This document shows positions 1 to 9,608 of a DNA stretch of 64,000 nucleotides, piece by piece; the stretch's first letter is position 1, and each line of letters opens with the position of its first letter. The position numbers were made by a program, and so were the translations under genes. The notes beneath the pieces were generated by a model. It searched no databases and was not told where the DNA came from. It saw only the letters and a program-made list of their open reading frames with translations. This DNA comes from an uncultured Spirochaetota bacterium (GTDB taxonomy: Bacteria > Spirochaetota > Spirochaetia > SZUA-6 > Fen-1364): assembly GCA_963745235.1 (NCBI GenBank), contig CAVUXE010000037.1, positions 160,001-224,000 on the forward strand, in the 5' to 3' direction.

Positions 1-992
1 AGTCATCGAACTCCTCGGCCGTCATGCCCTTCTCGTCGTATGCGCGGCGGAAGTCCTCGAACTTCCGCTCCAGCTCCTCCAGGATCTTCGGATCCACCGG
101 GGCGTCCATGCGGCTTCCACCGTCGACGTCGGAAGCGTTGAACCGCTTCTGCCACTCGAACGGGGGGGAAATCACGACGTCTCCGCCGATGAACTCGCTC
201 CAGTGCAGGTGGTTGCGGAACGCCGCGGACAGGAGGCGCAGCCGGTAGCCGCGCTCCCGGTAGATTGCGTAGGCCTTCTTCATCACGGCAACCCCCGCCC
301 AGTCGAAGATCCGCGGATCTGCGATGATGCCCTGCTTCTCCGCCACGACCTTCAGCCAGTCGTCGAGCCGGCCCACCATCAGCGTGCACACCGGCCCCAT
401 GCGGCTGATGTCCTTCCTTTCTTTCTCCCGACGGTTCAGTCCCCGCTCCACGGCCTCCGCCACCGCAATTGCCTGCGGAAGCGTGAAGCTCACCGTGGCG
501 TTGATGCTGATGCCCCGCTACGTGGCCTCCTCGATGGCCTGCAATCCCCGCGCGTGTGGCCGGGATCTTCACGATCATGTTGGGGGCAAGGGAGTCGAAG
601 TGCTCCGCCTGCGCGGCAATTGCCGCGGCGTCCCGATAGAGCCGCGGATCCGTCTGAATGGAGAGCCGGCCGTTCCTTCCTTTTTCCCGATCGAAGACCG
701 GCTTCAGCAGCTCCGCCGCCTTCAGCGACATCTCCTCCACGAGGCGCCAGGCCACCTCTCCCTCCGTGGCGCATGCCATTTCAGTGATGAGCTCGCCGAT
801 CCTGTCCTTCCACTGGTTCCACTCCTTTTTCAGCACGGCGAGCACGATCACCGGGTTGCAGGTCGCGCCGACCGTGCCGTTGTCCTGGATCGAAGCCCCC
901 AGCTCCTGCAGCGAGCAGGAGTCGTTCCAGAGCACGGACGGGGTGGTCCGGGTCATGAGGTGCAAAGGTGTTTCGTTCTGGTTGTTGCTCAT
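1..992 (-). CDS. Transaldolase-family protein (3' end runs off the window; +1 frameshift near 538 and in-frame TAG at 518-520, probably sequence errors)
   Basis: Motifs LWNDS, GATCNP, LSIQTDPR and Schiff-base IVKIPAT. After removing one G near 538 the frame continues AIEEAT*RGISINATVSFT...LMVGRLDDW...LLSAAFRN. Last visible gene of the iol operon. Confidence 0.85.
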
Positions 993-1035
993 GTGTGTGG
1001 TTCTCCTCCCTGTGATCGGCGTGAGGCTCTGTCCC

Positions 1036-1929
1036 TCACAGCCCGGCTTTCTCCCGGATGAACGCGCGGGCCTTGACCGCGTACTCGAACGGGTTCGCCT
1101 TGGCCGGATCCTGCTCAGCTTCCACGACGTACCAGCCCCGGTAGCCCTTCCTGTCGAGCAGGCGGAAAACCGGCTCGAAGTTCACGCCGCCATCCCCGGG
1201 GACCGTGAAGACTCCCTCCTTCACCGCGCGCAGGAAGCTCATGCGCTCCTTCTTCACCCGCTCGAGCACCGGCAGGCGCACGTCCTTCAAGTGCACGTGC
1301 CGCACGCGCCCGACGTGACGCTCCAGCACGGCAACATAGTCCTCACCCGAGAAGGCAAGGTGGCCTGAGTCATACAGGAGAGAGAGAAGAGAGGGATCCG
1401 TCATTTCCATCAGCCGGTCGACCTCCGCAGCGGTCTGTACCCCGGTTCCCATGTGGTGATGGTAGGTCAGGGTCATATCCTTCTCACGCGCCCGCTCCCC
1501 GAGCCTGTTCAGCCCCTCCGCGAGCCGCTTCCATTCCTCGTCAGTGAAGCGGGGCTTGCCCTCAAGCACGGGGACGTCCTGCATGCCCTGGATGGAATGG
1601 CCCTGTTCCGCGGCGCCAATGACGCGAGCGCCCACGGCGCAGAGAAAATCACGGTGCAGGAGAAATGCCTTCTCGACTTCCTCGTAGGGCCGGGTGGTGA
1701 GGAAGGAGCTGAACCAGGCGTTGCAGATGGTGAGCCCTCGCAGGTCCAGATAGTGCTTGAGCACCGCGGGGTCCCGGGGATACTTGTTGCCCACCTCGCT
1801 TCCTTCGTAGCCGGCGAGGGCCATTTCGGAGATGCACTGCTCGAAGGTGTTGCCGCCCCCGAGCTCAGGCAGGTCATCGTTGGTCCAGGCAATCGGAGCG
1901 ATTGCAAGGCGCACTCTCCTGTCTTTCAT
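1036..1929 (-). CDS. iolE: myo-inosose-2 dehydratase
   Basis: IAPIAWTNDDLPELGG, YHHHMGT, HVHLKDVR and VVEAEQDP motifs; iol operon context. Confidence 0.95.
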   Translation of the reverse strand: MKDRRVRLAIAPIAWTNDDLPELGGGNTFEQCISEMALAGYEGSEVGNKYPRDPAVLKHYLDLRGLTICNAWFSSFLTTRPYEEVEKAFLLHRDFLCAVGARVIGAAEQGHSIQGMQDVPVLEGKPRFTDEEWKRLAEGLNRLGERAREKDMTLTYHHHMGTGVQTAAEVDRLMEMTDPSLLSLLYDSGHLAFSGEDYVAVLERHVGRVRHVHLKDVRLPVLERVKKERMSFLRAVKEGVFTVPGDGGVNFEPVFRLLDRKGYRGWYVVEAEQDPAKANPFEYAVKARAFIREKAGL

Positions 1930-1951
1930 CTGACGTTCCTTTTCGTGGTCC

Positions 1952-3817
1952 CTAGAACTTCCTGGCAGATTCGACTTCCCGCCCGATCTTCTTCGCCGCC
2001 TCCACTACTTTCGGGTTCTCGGAGACCTGCGCCGTTCCGACGCGCCACCACGACTCGTAGTCGTGCGTCATTGACTTCTGGGTCACCTTCACGTCGATCA
2101 CGGTGGAGACCGCGCCCGCCATGGCGTTTTTCACCGCGTCGCCGAACTCCGCAAGCGACTTCGGCGAGTACCCGCGGGCCCCGTAGCTTTCCCCGTTCTT
2201 CGCGAAGTCCAGGGGCATCAGGCTGCCGGTGAGCCTGCCTGTTTTCGGATCTCTCCGCCGGAGGTCGTTTCCGAACTTCACGACGCCCTGGCTGGTCTGG
2301 AGGTTGTCGATGCACTGGTAGCCGGCGTTGTCGAAGACGACGACGTGGATCTTGATTCCTTCCTGGATGGCCGTCAAGAGCTCGGAATGCAGCATCACGT
2401 ACGAGCCGTCCCCGACCAGGGCAAACACCTCCCGATGAGGCGCGGCCATCCGCGCGCCGACTGCCGCCGCTATCTCGTACCCCATGCAGGAAAAGCCGTA
2501 TTCCATATGGTAGGAGTCAGGCTCGCGGGAACGCCATACCCGCTGCAGATCGCCCGGAAGGCTCCCGGAGGCCCCCACCACAATGGCGTCCCGGGGCAGG
2601 AGCTTCTCGTTCAGCTCGCCGAGGAGCCTCACCTGGGAGAGCCCCGCCGGATCTTCCTCCGAGTACAGCCTGTCCTCTTCCTTTCGCCACTCCGCGCGGA
2701 TCTTTTCCACCTCGCCTTTCCAGCCGGCTTTCCACCCGGCAGAGCGCAACGCCTGCGTCAGCGCCTTCAGGCTTTCCCGGGCGTCGGCTACGACCGTAGT
2801 CGCGTTCATCTTGGCGGCATCAAAGGAGCTCACGTTGATCGTGAGGATGACGGAGCTCGGGTTCTTGAACAGGTTGCGGGAACCGGTCGTGAAATCGCCC
2901 AGCCGGGTCCCCACGGCAATGACCAGGTCCGCTTCATGGGCAATGCGGTTGGCGGCAAGCCCGCCGGTGACTCCCACGCCGCCCAGGTTGAACGGTTCCT
3001 CCCACGATATGACCCCTTTGCCCGCCTGCGTCTCGCCCATGGGCACGCCGAATGCGGCGCAGAAATCCGAAAGCTCTCTGCCCGCCTCGGAGTAGCGGAC
3101 CCCCCCGCCGCAGATGACGAGTGGTCGGGACCGGGACTTTACCAGCGCGACTGCCCGCTCGATCTGCCCCTTTGTCGGCAGGCGTCGCTCCACGTGATGG
3201 ACCCGCTTCTCCAGGAACTCCACGGGGTAGTCATACGGCTCCCCCTGAACGTCCTGGGGCAGGGCAAGCGTCACGGGACCTGTTTCCGCCGGGTCAGTCA
3301 GCACCCGCATGGCGTTGATGCATGCGGCCATGAGCTGTTCCGGCCTGTTGATCCTGTCCCAGTACCGCGAGACGGCGCGAAAAGCGTCGTTTGCCGTGGC
3401 CGTGTAGTCGTCCCATTGCTCCACCTGCTGGAGAACCGGATCCGGTTGCCGGCAGGCGAATACGTCCCCGGGCAGGAGAAGCACCGGGATTCGATTGACC
3501 AGGGCAACTCCGGCCGCTGTCACCATGTTGAGCGCCCCGGGTCCGATTGAGCTGGTCACGGCGAAGATCTGCTTCCTGTTCATCTGCTTCGCGTAGCCGA
3601 TGGCCATGTGGGCCGCGCCCTGCTCGTTGTGTCCCTGGAAATAGGTCAGGCCGTGGTTCCCCTGGGCAAGCGCTTCACCAAAGCCCACAACGTTGCCGTG
3701 CCCGAATATCCCGCCCACGCCCTTCACGAACTTCGTCTCGACCCCGTCGAACTCCGCATACTGCGCGTCGAGGAAGCGCAGGAGCGCCTGGGCCATTGTC
3801 AGCCGGAGAGTCTTCAT
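1952..3817 (-). CDS. iolD: 3D-(3,5/4)-trihydroxycyclohexane-1,2-dione acylhydrolase (ThDP-dependent)
   Basis: LTMAQAL, GIFGHGNV, RQPDPVLQQ, YHMEYGFSCMGYE and GDGSY ThDP motif; 621 aa. Confidence 0.96.
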   Translation of the reverse strand: MKTLRLTMAQALLRFLDAQYAEFDGVETKFVKGVGGIFGHGNVVGFGEALAQGNHGLTYFQGHNEQGAAHMAIGYAKQMNRKQIFAVTSSIGPGALNMVTAAGVALVNRIPVLLLPGDVFACRQPDPVLQQVEQWDDYTATANDAFRAVSRYWDRINRPEQLMAACINAMRVLTDPAETGPVTLALPQDVQGEPYDYPVEFLEKRVHHVERRLPTKGQIERAVALVKSRSRPLVICGGGVRYSEAGRELSDFCAAFGVPMGETQAGKGVISWEEPFNLGGVGVTGGLAANRIAHEADLVIAVGTRLGDFTTGSRNLFKNPSSVILTINVSSFDAAKMNATTVVADARESLKALTQALRSAGWKAGWKGEVEKIRAEWRKEEDRLYSEEDPAGLSQVRLLGELNEKLLPRDAIVVGASGSLPGDLQRVWRSREPDSYHMEYGFSCMGYEIAAAVGARMAAPHREVFALVGDGSYVMLHSELLTAIQEGIKIHVVVFDNAGYQCIDNLQTSQGVVKFGNDLRRRDPKTGRLTGSLMPLDFAKNGESYGARGYSPKSLAEFGDAVKNAMAGAVSTVIDVKVTQKSMTHDYESWWRVGTAQVSENPKVVEAAKKIGREVESARKF

Positions 3818-3829
3818 GACCGCCTCCCG

Positions 3830-4837
3830 TCAAACGTCCACTTCGGAAATATTCACCGGGCGGCCTTCGGCCAGGGACTTCTTTGCGGCGAATCCCATGA
3901 GCAGCGGTTTCAGGCCGTCAATGTCACCCACGGGGCATGGTTTCCCGTCAATTACCATGTCGAAGAACGCGTTCATTTCGTCCAGGAAAGCCTGGTGATA
4001 GCGCTCCAGGAAGAAGTACAGCGGCTTGTCACCAGCCACCCCGATTTCGTTGGAGAGGACCACCGAGGTCGGAGTGTCGTTGGCGCAGGAAAGCGCCCCC
4101 TTGGACCCGAAGACCTCCACGCGCTGGTCATAGCCGTACGTTGCCTTGCGCGAGTTGTCGATCACGCCGATGCAGCCGTTCTGGAACGTGATCGTCACCA
4201 CGGCGGTGTCCACGTCTCCGGCCTTTCCAATGGCGGGATCCACGAGCACCGCGCCCTTGGCGTAGACCTCGACCGCATCGGATCCGGCCAGGTAGCGTGC
4301 CATGTCGAAGTCGTGAATGGTCATATCCAGGAAGATCCCGCCTGAGACTTTCACGTATTCGGGAGAAGGGGGAGCGGGGTCCCGAGAGGTGATGCGAAGG
4401 ATGTGCGGTTCCCCAATGGCACCCTGGTTGACGAGGTCTCGGACCCGGCGGAAATTGTGATCGAACCTCCGGTTGAACCCGACCTGGAGCGTCACCCCGG
4501 CTTTTTTCGCCGCGGCGAGCGCCTTCTTCACTTTCGCCACCGTGAGGTCCACGGGCTTCTCGCAGAAGATGTGCTTCCCCTTTTCAGCCGCCGCAATGAC
4601 CATATCCGCGTGCGTGTCGGTGGAGCTGCAGACCAGGACCGCTTTTATCTCGGGGTCCGCCAGCAGGTCGTGAGCGTCGCTACTCACCCGGGAAACGCCG
4701 AGCCCCTTCGCCCAATCACGCACCGTGTCAGCCGCCACGTCCGCGATGCGGGAAATCTGCGCGCGCGGGATGTGATGCGCAATGTTTTCCGCGTGGATCT
4801 TTCCGATCCTCCCCGCCCCGATCAGTCCGATCTTCAT
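3830..4837 (-). CDS. iolG: myo-inositol 2-dehydrogenase
   Basis: Start MKIGLIGAGRIG at 4837 with AAGGAGG RBS and ATGA overlap with the upstream gene; CEKP, GFNRRFD, SRDP, DMTIHDFD and GYDQRVEVFG motifs. Confidence 0.92.
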   Translation of the reverse strand: MKIGLIGAGRIGKIHAENIAHHIPRAQISRIADVAADTVRDWAKGLGVSRVSSDAHDLLADPEIKAVLVCSSTDTHADMVIAAAEKGKHIFCEKPVDLTVAKVKKALAAAKKAGVTLQVGFNRRFDHNFRRVRDLVNQGAIGEPHILRITSRDPAPPSPEYVKVSGGIFLDMTIHDFDMARYLAGSDAVEVYAKGAVLVDPAIGKAGDVDTAVVTITFQNGCIGVIDNSRKATYGYDQRVEVFGSKGALSCANDTPTSVVLSNEIGVAGDKPLYFFLERYHQAFLDEMNAFFDMVIDGKPCPVGDIDGLKPLLMGFAAKKSLAEGRPVNISEVDV

Positions 4838-5865
4838 GTGTCTCCTCCTTGTGAAAGCCGCACGAGCTCGTCCCGGCGGAACGACTGGGTTGCGGCAAAA
4901 GCCACCCTGGTTGCCATGACTCCGTCGCGGACGCTGACCTGCGGTTTGCGTCCCTCCCGGATGCAATCCACGAACTCCTGCGTTTCCGCGCAGTACGCCG
5001 CGCCGAATCGTTCCAGGAAGTTCTGCGAGCACTCCCGCACCGCGCCCCGGTCGTCGAGGAGCTCCACCATGTCCTTCTGCGGAACGCTGGCGATCCGCAG
5101 CGCCGCCCGCGTCCCGATGATCTCCGTCTCCACGGCATACCCGTGGGCAGCGGTCCTGCCGGCGAGCAGGAAGGCCATGGCATCGTTGTCGAACCGTATG
5201 AAGGCGGCCAGGTTGTCCCCGTCACCGTACTGCGCAAACTCGGGGTGCGCGTAGCAGCCTCCGGCGGCGAAGACCGTTGTCGCCTCGGCGCCGAGCATCC
5301 ATCTGGCCAGGTCGATGTCGTGCACCGCCATGTCCAGGAACTGGCCGCCGGAGGACGGCGCAAAGCGGATGGCACCGTCGATGGCGGATTCCGGGTCAAC
5401 AGAGTAGCCTCGAAAGAGTATGGGACGGCCGATATACCCGTCCTGGATCAGCTTGCGGGCCCTGCTGTACGACTCATCGTAGCGGCGCATGAATCCAAGC
5501 ATGAATACCTTCCGTGGATGCTTCGCCACGGCCTCTTCCGCCAGGACGCACTCTTCCAGGCTGATGCCAAGGGGCTTCTCGCAAAAGACATGGAAGCCGG
5601 CCTCCAGGGCCTGCCCGATCTGCCGGCAGTGCTCGCCGGAGCTCGAGGCAATGAAAATGGCATCCAGGTCCCTGTTCTCCAGCATCCCCTCGAACGAGGC
5701 GTAGCCTTTCGTCACCCCCCACGTCTCCTGGGCGTGACGCACCCGGTCCGGTTCCAGCGCGCACACCGCCGCCAGCTCGGCCCCCGCCGTTCGCACCGCG
5801 ATGTTTTCAGCGTGCTTCATCCCCAGTCTGCCAAGGCCGACAATCCCGACCCGTACCTTCTTCAT
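4834..5865 (-). CDS. Gfo/Idh/MocA inositol dehydrogenase paralogue (likely for another inositol isomer)
   Basis: GLGRLG, CEKP, GFMRRYD and DMAVHDID motifs; coupled to iolG. Substrate is inferred from context only. Confidence 0.85.
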   Translation of the reverse strand: MKKVRVGIVGLGRLGMKHAENIAVRTAGAELAAVCALEPDRVRHAQETWGVTKGYASFEGMLENRDLDAIFIASSSGEHCRQIGQALEAGFHVFCEKPLGISLEECVLAEEAVAKHPRKVFMLGFMRRYDESYSRARKLIQDGYIGRPILFRGYSVDPESAIDGAIRFAPSSGGQFLDMAVHDIDLARWMLGAEATTVFAAGGCYAHPEFAQYGDGDNLAAFIRFDNDAMAFLLAGRTAAHGYAVETEIIGTRAALRIASVPQKDMVELLDDRGAVRECSQNFLERFGAAYCAETQEFVDCIREGRKPQVSVRDGVMATRVAFAATQSFRRDELVRLSQGGDT

Positions 5866-5877
5866 GGAGCCTCTCAC

Positions 5878-6950
5878 TTACGATCCGCGCCCGCCCGTTG
5901 TCTCGCGGATCACCAGCTTCGGAGCCAGGAGCGTGCGCCGGGGATCACCTCGACCGCTCCCCGCCCTGCGGCCCCTGATGAGCTCCAGGAGCCGCTCGCA
6001 CGTCGCCAGGGAAAGCTCCTCCCTCGGCTGGTGGATCGTGCTGAGGGACGGTCGGACGCAGGCGGCGAGATCCGTATCGTCATATCCGATCAGGGCTATT
6101 CCCTCCGGCACGCGCAGACCGAGCCTGTTCACCGCCAGGAGAGCGCCAATGGCCATGAGGTCATTGAGGGCAAGGATGGCGTCGTACTCGCGGATCCTCC
6201 CCGCGACGCTCATCACGGCGTTGTAGCCGGACTCCATAGTCTGGTCCCCGAAGAGGAGGTCATCAGGACCGAGTGCGACCGCGGATTCCGAAAGCGCGCG
6301 CCGCGCGCCGGCAAGGCGGAGCACGAACTCACGCTCGGTGACTTTCTCCCCCGGAGTGGCGATGCACAGGATTCGCTTTTTCCCGAGCGAGCAGAGGTAC
6401 CGCGCCGCGATGTATCCTCCATACTCGTTGTCCGGGTAGATGATGTCCACGTCGGGCGGGCAGAGGTCCGGCGGCGGATAATGGGAGAACACAAAGGGCA
6501 TGTCCTTGGCATGGAGGTAGTCGATGAGCTCCCGCTCGAACACGGGCTGCACAATGATGAGCCCGTCCACCTTCTTGCGAGCGACAAGCTTCCTGACGTT
6601 GTTGCCGCCGGTGAAGTGGTTGTTCAGGAACGAGACAAGAAGGTCGATATCGTTGCATTCCAGGACGCTTCTCAGGGAGCTGTGCAGCGTGCCGTGATAC
6701 AGGTTCACCCCCAGCTGGTCATAGTCCGGGGGAAGAATGATTCCGATGGTTCCGACGCGTCGGGTGATGAGGCTGCGCGCGTGCGTGTTGAAGTCGAAGC
6801 CGAGCCCATCCGCGATCTCGCGGACACGTTTGCGGGTCTTCTCTGGGATCAGGGACGATTCATTCAGGCTCCTTGAAACCGTGGCCATGCTGACTCCCGC
6901 AGCTCTTGCCACGTCTCTGAGCGTGATCTCTTTGCAAACGTTTGCATCCA
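5878..6950 (-). CDS. LacI-family transcriptional regulator of the iol operon
   Basis: HTH TLRDVARAAGVSMATVSRSLN plus periplasmic-binding-fold effector domain (NDLMAIG, GYDD, LSTIHQP). Start could be 6950 or 6981. Confidence 0.92.
6933..6946. promoter_or_regulatory. Putative LacI-family operator TGCAAACGTTTGCA
   Basis: Perfect 14-bp palindrome with central CG, typical of LacI sites, over the first codons of the LacI gene. A minus-strand TTGACA lies at 6983-6988. Confidence 0.7.
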
Positions 6951-7036
6951 TTCGATCATGCAGTAAGGCATTTGTTTTCATTTGTCAAGCTCGAATCAAG
7001 TCAGCAGCGCCTCCTCCGAAGTGCCCGGAGTGACTA

Positions 7037-9607
7037 TCAGCGCACAAATGTGTTCTTGACCCGGTTGGATGTGAGCATGTAGGGAATCCAAATGGCGGCC
7101 CCTGCAACGGCCTGCAGGATTGCACGGGAAACTCCGCCGGGGTCCAGGGACTGGTCGGTGGGGACAGAGAGCATCCGATTGAACACCGCGTTTGCGATGA
7201 CAATCGCCGCCTCGAAACCAAGAAGCCAGATGAACAGCGTCGGGAATCTGCGGCGGCGCTGGAAGAACATCACGGCGAGAAAGATGTTTGCGGCAACGAT
7301 GGCAAGGTTTCCAATGATAACGTACATGAAATAAGGGGCCCACAGGGCCCTGAACCTCGCGCCAGCGGGGTTGGTCAGGTCGTACCAGTTCCCGGCGGAG
7401 AATGAACCCCAGCTCTGCCTCAAGGAAAGGACAGCGGTGATGGGCCTCAGGAGAAGACCTATTGCCACCAGCACGAGCCATCCCCCAAGGCCGCTGAGCT
7501 CTGGATACGCGTTTGTCGAGATAGCAGGTGACCGGGGCGGCCGGATTGCCAGGCGGTATCCGCCGAAGCCACCCACCGCCAGCAGGAGCGCAGAGAGCAC
7601 CATGATGACCGTCACTGACCCGTCGATGGCTCCGCCCCCGAGCGCGTTCATAGCCTGCCATGTCAGGTCAAAGCCGAGCTTGACGTCGATATCCTTGACG
7701 TCTTCATCATAGGCCTCGACCCTCGCCACGGGGACGGAATCAGCGAGAGACCGGTATCGATAGTCCAGCACGACGGTCGAGTCATGAGAGGAGTAGTCCG
7801 CTCTTATTTCAAAGGCCGCGGTGGTGATGGTCGCTGTCTCACCCTTCACCGGCCAGGGGCCGGGAAGGTTGACTTCGATCCTCTCCTCCGCGGATTTCGG
7901 GTACTCAACAGCGAAGGGGGAGGTGCGGATCTTCGTCTTTGGCACAGGAATCAGGCCGTAAATATACTCGGGGAAGAGTTTCGCCCGGTAGTTCCGCTTG
8001 TCGGAGAGGAGCGTCCAGAAACCGGGAACTCGATAGCGTTCGACCGTGGTGAAGATGTTTCGCTCACCATCATCATGGATTTCAAGGTTCCCCGCTGATT
8101 CGATTCTTGGATAGGTTGCCGCGTAAAAATTGAGGTAGTCCTGCTTTATCTCTTCCGCGCTCCTGGTGGCAAAGACCCCCCTGGCATCGTCAGCCGCGCC
8201 TCCGGAAGCCGTGGTCCGCACTTCCAGCAGGGCTGGTTCTTCCTGTCCGTTCGACGTGAAGGTGTCGACGACCGTGATCTCGGGAGCCTTTCCCTGGGAA
8301 GAGCCGAATCGCACAAGGCTCGTTTCTCCGGGCGCAACCACGAGGCCGTACCCGAAATCCGGAAGGTAGCGTTCCAGGACGGGACCCCGCTGATATGCCT
8401 CTGTCGGGTCCACGAAGACCCTTTTGCCTTCCAGGGTGACCACCACGATGACGTGATTGAAGTCGTAAGGGGAGGGCAGCCTCTCTGCAAGCAGGGAGCG
8501 GGCCCACGTGCTCACAAGCACGGGGTGAGCTTCCAACCCGAGCCGCGACAGGAGCGCGCACAGGAGATATGACTTGTCCTTGCAGTCCCCGAAACGCTCC
8601 TCGAAGACTGTCCGCGGAGAGCGCGGCCTGTAGGAACCATCCCCCAGCTCAATTCCGACGTAGCGCACCTGCTGCTGCACGTAGTCCAGGGCCGCCTGCA
8701 GCCGATCCTCCGGCTTCGTGAGCTTCGTGCTCCAGTCTGCGGCCAGGCGTGCCAGCTCGGATGGAAGCGAGGCCGGCGGGTACAGGGGCTGGGCCCAGCG
8801 GTCCACGGCCGCCCAATCCGAGAACTCTGAAACCTCGATCCATGGCCGCCTCACGTGCCACGAGGGTGTGCGGTCTTCCGAAAGGACGGGGGCAAGGTCT
8901 GAAAACTCCCACAGGTACTCAGTCGTCGCCCCCGCGTGGGAGATGCGCGGCTCGGCGCCCGCCCCGATGTCCCGGAATCCGAGCGGTCTCGAGGAGGGGC
9001 ACAGGACTCGAACTCTTTCCCGCCCAAGGGCGAATGTCCATCCGTGCGTGAAGGAGTCAGCGAACAGGTTTCCAAACACGGGGTTGCGCCCGCGGACAGT
9101 GTAGGCGTAATCGATGCGATCACCCGGCCTGATGTCTTTCAACACGAAGGACGCGGTCAGCGAGCCGTCAAGCATGGAAGACTCCAGGTCTGTTTCCCGC
9201 CGCAAGAGGCTCACCGCGCCCGGTGAAAGGCGTGAGGACGAAGCGCCGCCGCGAACAACGCTGATCTGGTGAAAGAGAAGAGTCTGATAGGCCGGGTCGT
9301 AATCCACCGCTATTGTCGAGCCGTCCTGCACTCCCTCCGCAGTCTTCAATTCCTTGACGATTCGCACGTACAGCTCACCGGCGGCGACATTTTCCTGGTA
9401 ATCGACCAGGAGGTACGTCTCACGGGCGTCGGAACCGTGCGTGGGCTCCACGAAGCCTCCGGCCGCTTCGGGAAGAACCCAGCGAGCAGGAGGAGCCACG
9501 GCAAAAGTGCTGCTGAAATCCTCCGCCGGGATGCGGGCAGGGACAAGAAACAGGAGGACAGCAAAAAGGTGCACCCCCACGCGCGAGAGGACGGCGGTGT
9601 TTCCCAT
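7037..9607 (-). CDS. DUF3857 / transglutaminase-like / DUF2569 membrane-anchored protein
   Basis: Signal peptide; Cys-His-Asp triad (GDCKDKS, FNHVI, VDPT); C-terminal TM region GLGGWL...WIPYMLTSNRVKNTF typical of DUF2569. Confidence 0.8.
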   Translation of the reverse strand: MGNTAVLSRVGVHLFAVLLFLVPARIPAEDFSSTFAVAPPARWVLPEAAGGFVEPTHGSDARETYLLVDYQENVAAGELYVRIVKELKTAEGVQDGSTIAVDYDPAYQTLLFHQISVVRGGASSSRLSPGAVSLLRRETDLESSMLDGSLTASFVLKDIRPGDRIDYAYTVRGRNPVFGNLFADSFTHGWTFALGRERVRVLCPSSRPLGFRDIGAGAEPRISHAGATTEYLWEFSDLAPVLSEDRTPSWHVRRPWIEVSEFSDWAAVDRWAQPLYPPASLPSELARLAADWSTKLTKPEDRLQAALDYVQQQVRYVGIELGDGSYRPRSPRTVFEERFGDCKDKSYLLCALLSRLGLEAHPVLVSTWARSLLAERLPSPYDFNHVIVVVTLEGKRVFVDPTEAYQRGPVLERYLPDFGYGLVVAPGETSLVRFGSSQGKAPEITVVDTFTSNGQEEPALLEVRTTASGGAADDARGVFATRSAEEIKQDYLNFYAATYPRIESAGNLEIHDDGERNIFTTVERYRVPGFWTLLSDKRNYRAKLFPEYIYGLIPVPKTKIRTSPFAVEYPKSAEERIEVNLPGPWPVKGETATITTAAFEIRADYSSHDSTVVLDYRYRSLADSVPVARVEAYDEDVKDIDVKLGFDLTWQAMNALGGGAIDGSVTVIMVLSALLLAVGGFGGYRLAIRPPRSPAISTNAYPELSGLGGWLVLVAIGLLLRPITAVLSLRQSWGSFSAGNWYDLTNPAGARFRALWAPYFMYVIIGNLAIVAANIFLAVMFFQRRRRFPTLFIWLLGFEAAIVIANAVFNRMLSVPTDQSLDPGGVSRAILQAVAGAAIWIPYMLTSNRVKNTFVR

Positions 9608-9608
9608 G

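Noticed and set aside
518-520. In-frame TAG in the transaldolase as pyrrolysine or stop-codon recoding
   Set aside because: It lies about 20 nt from a frameshift in a likely low-quality patch, TAG ends many other genes here, and no pyl genes are present.
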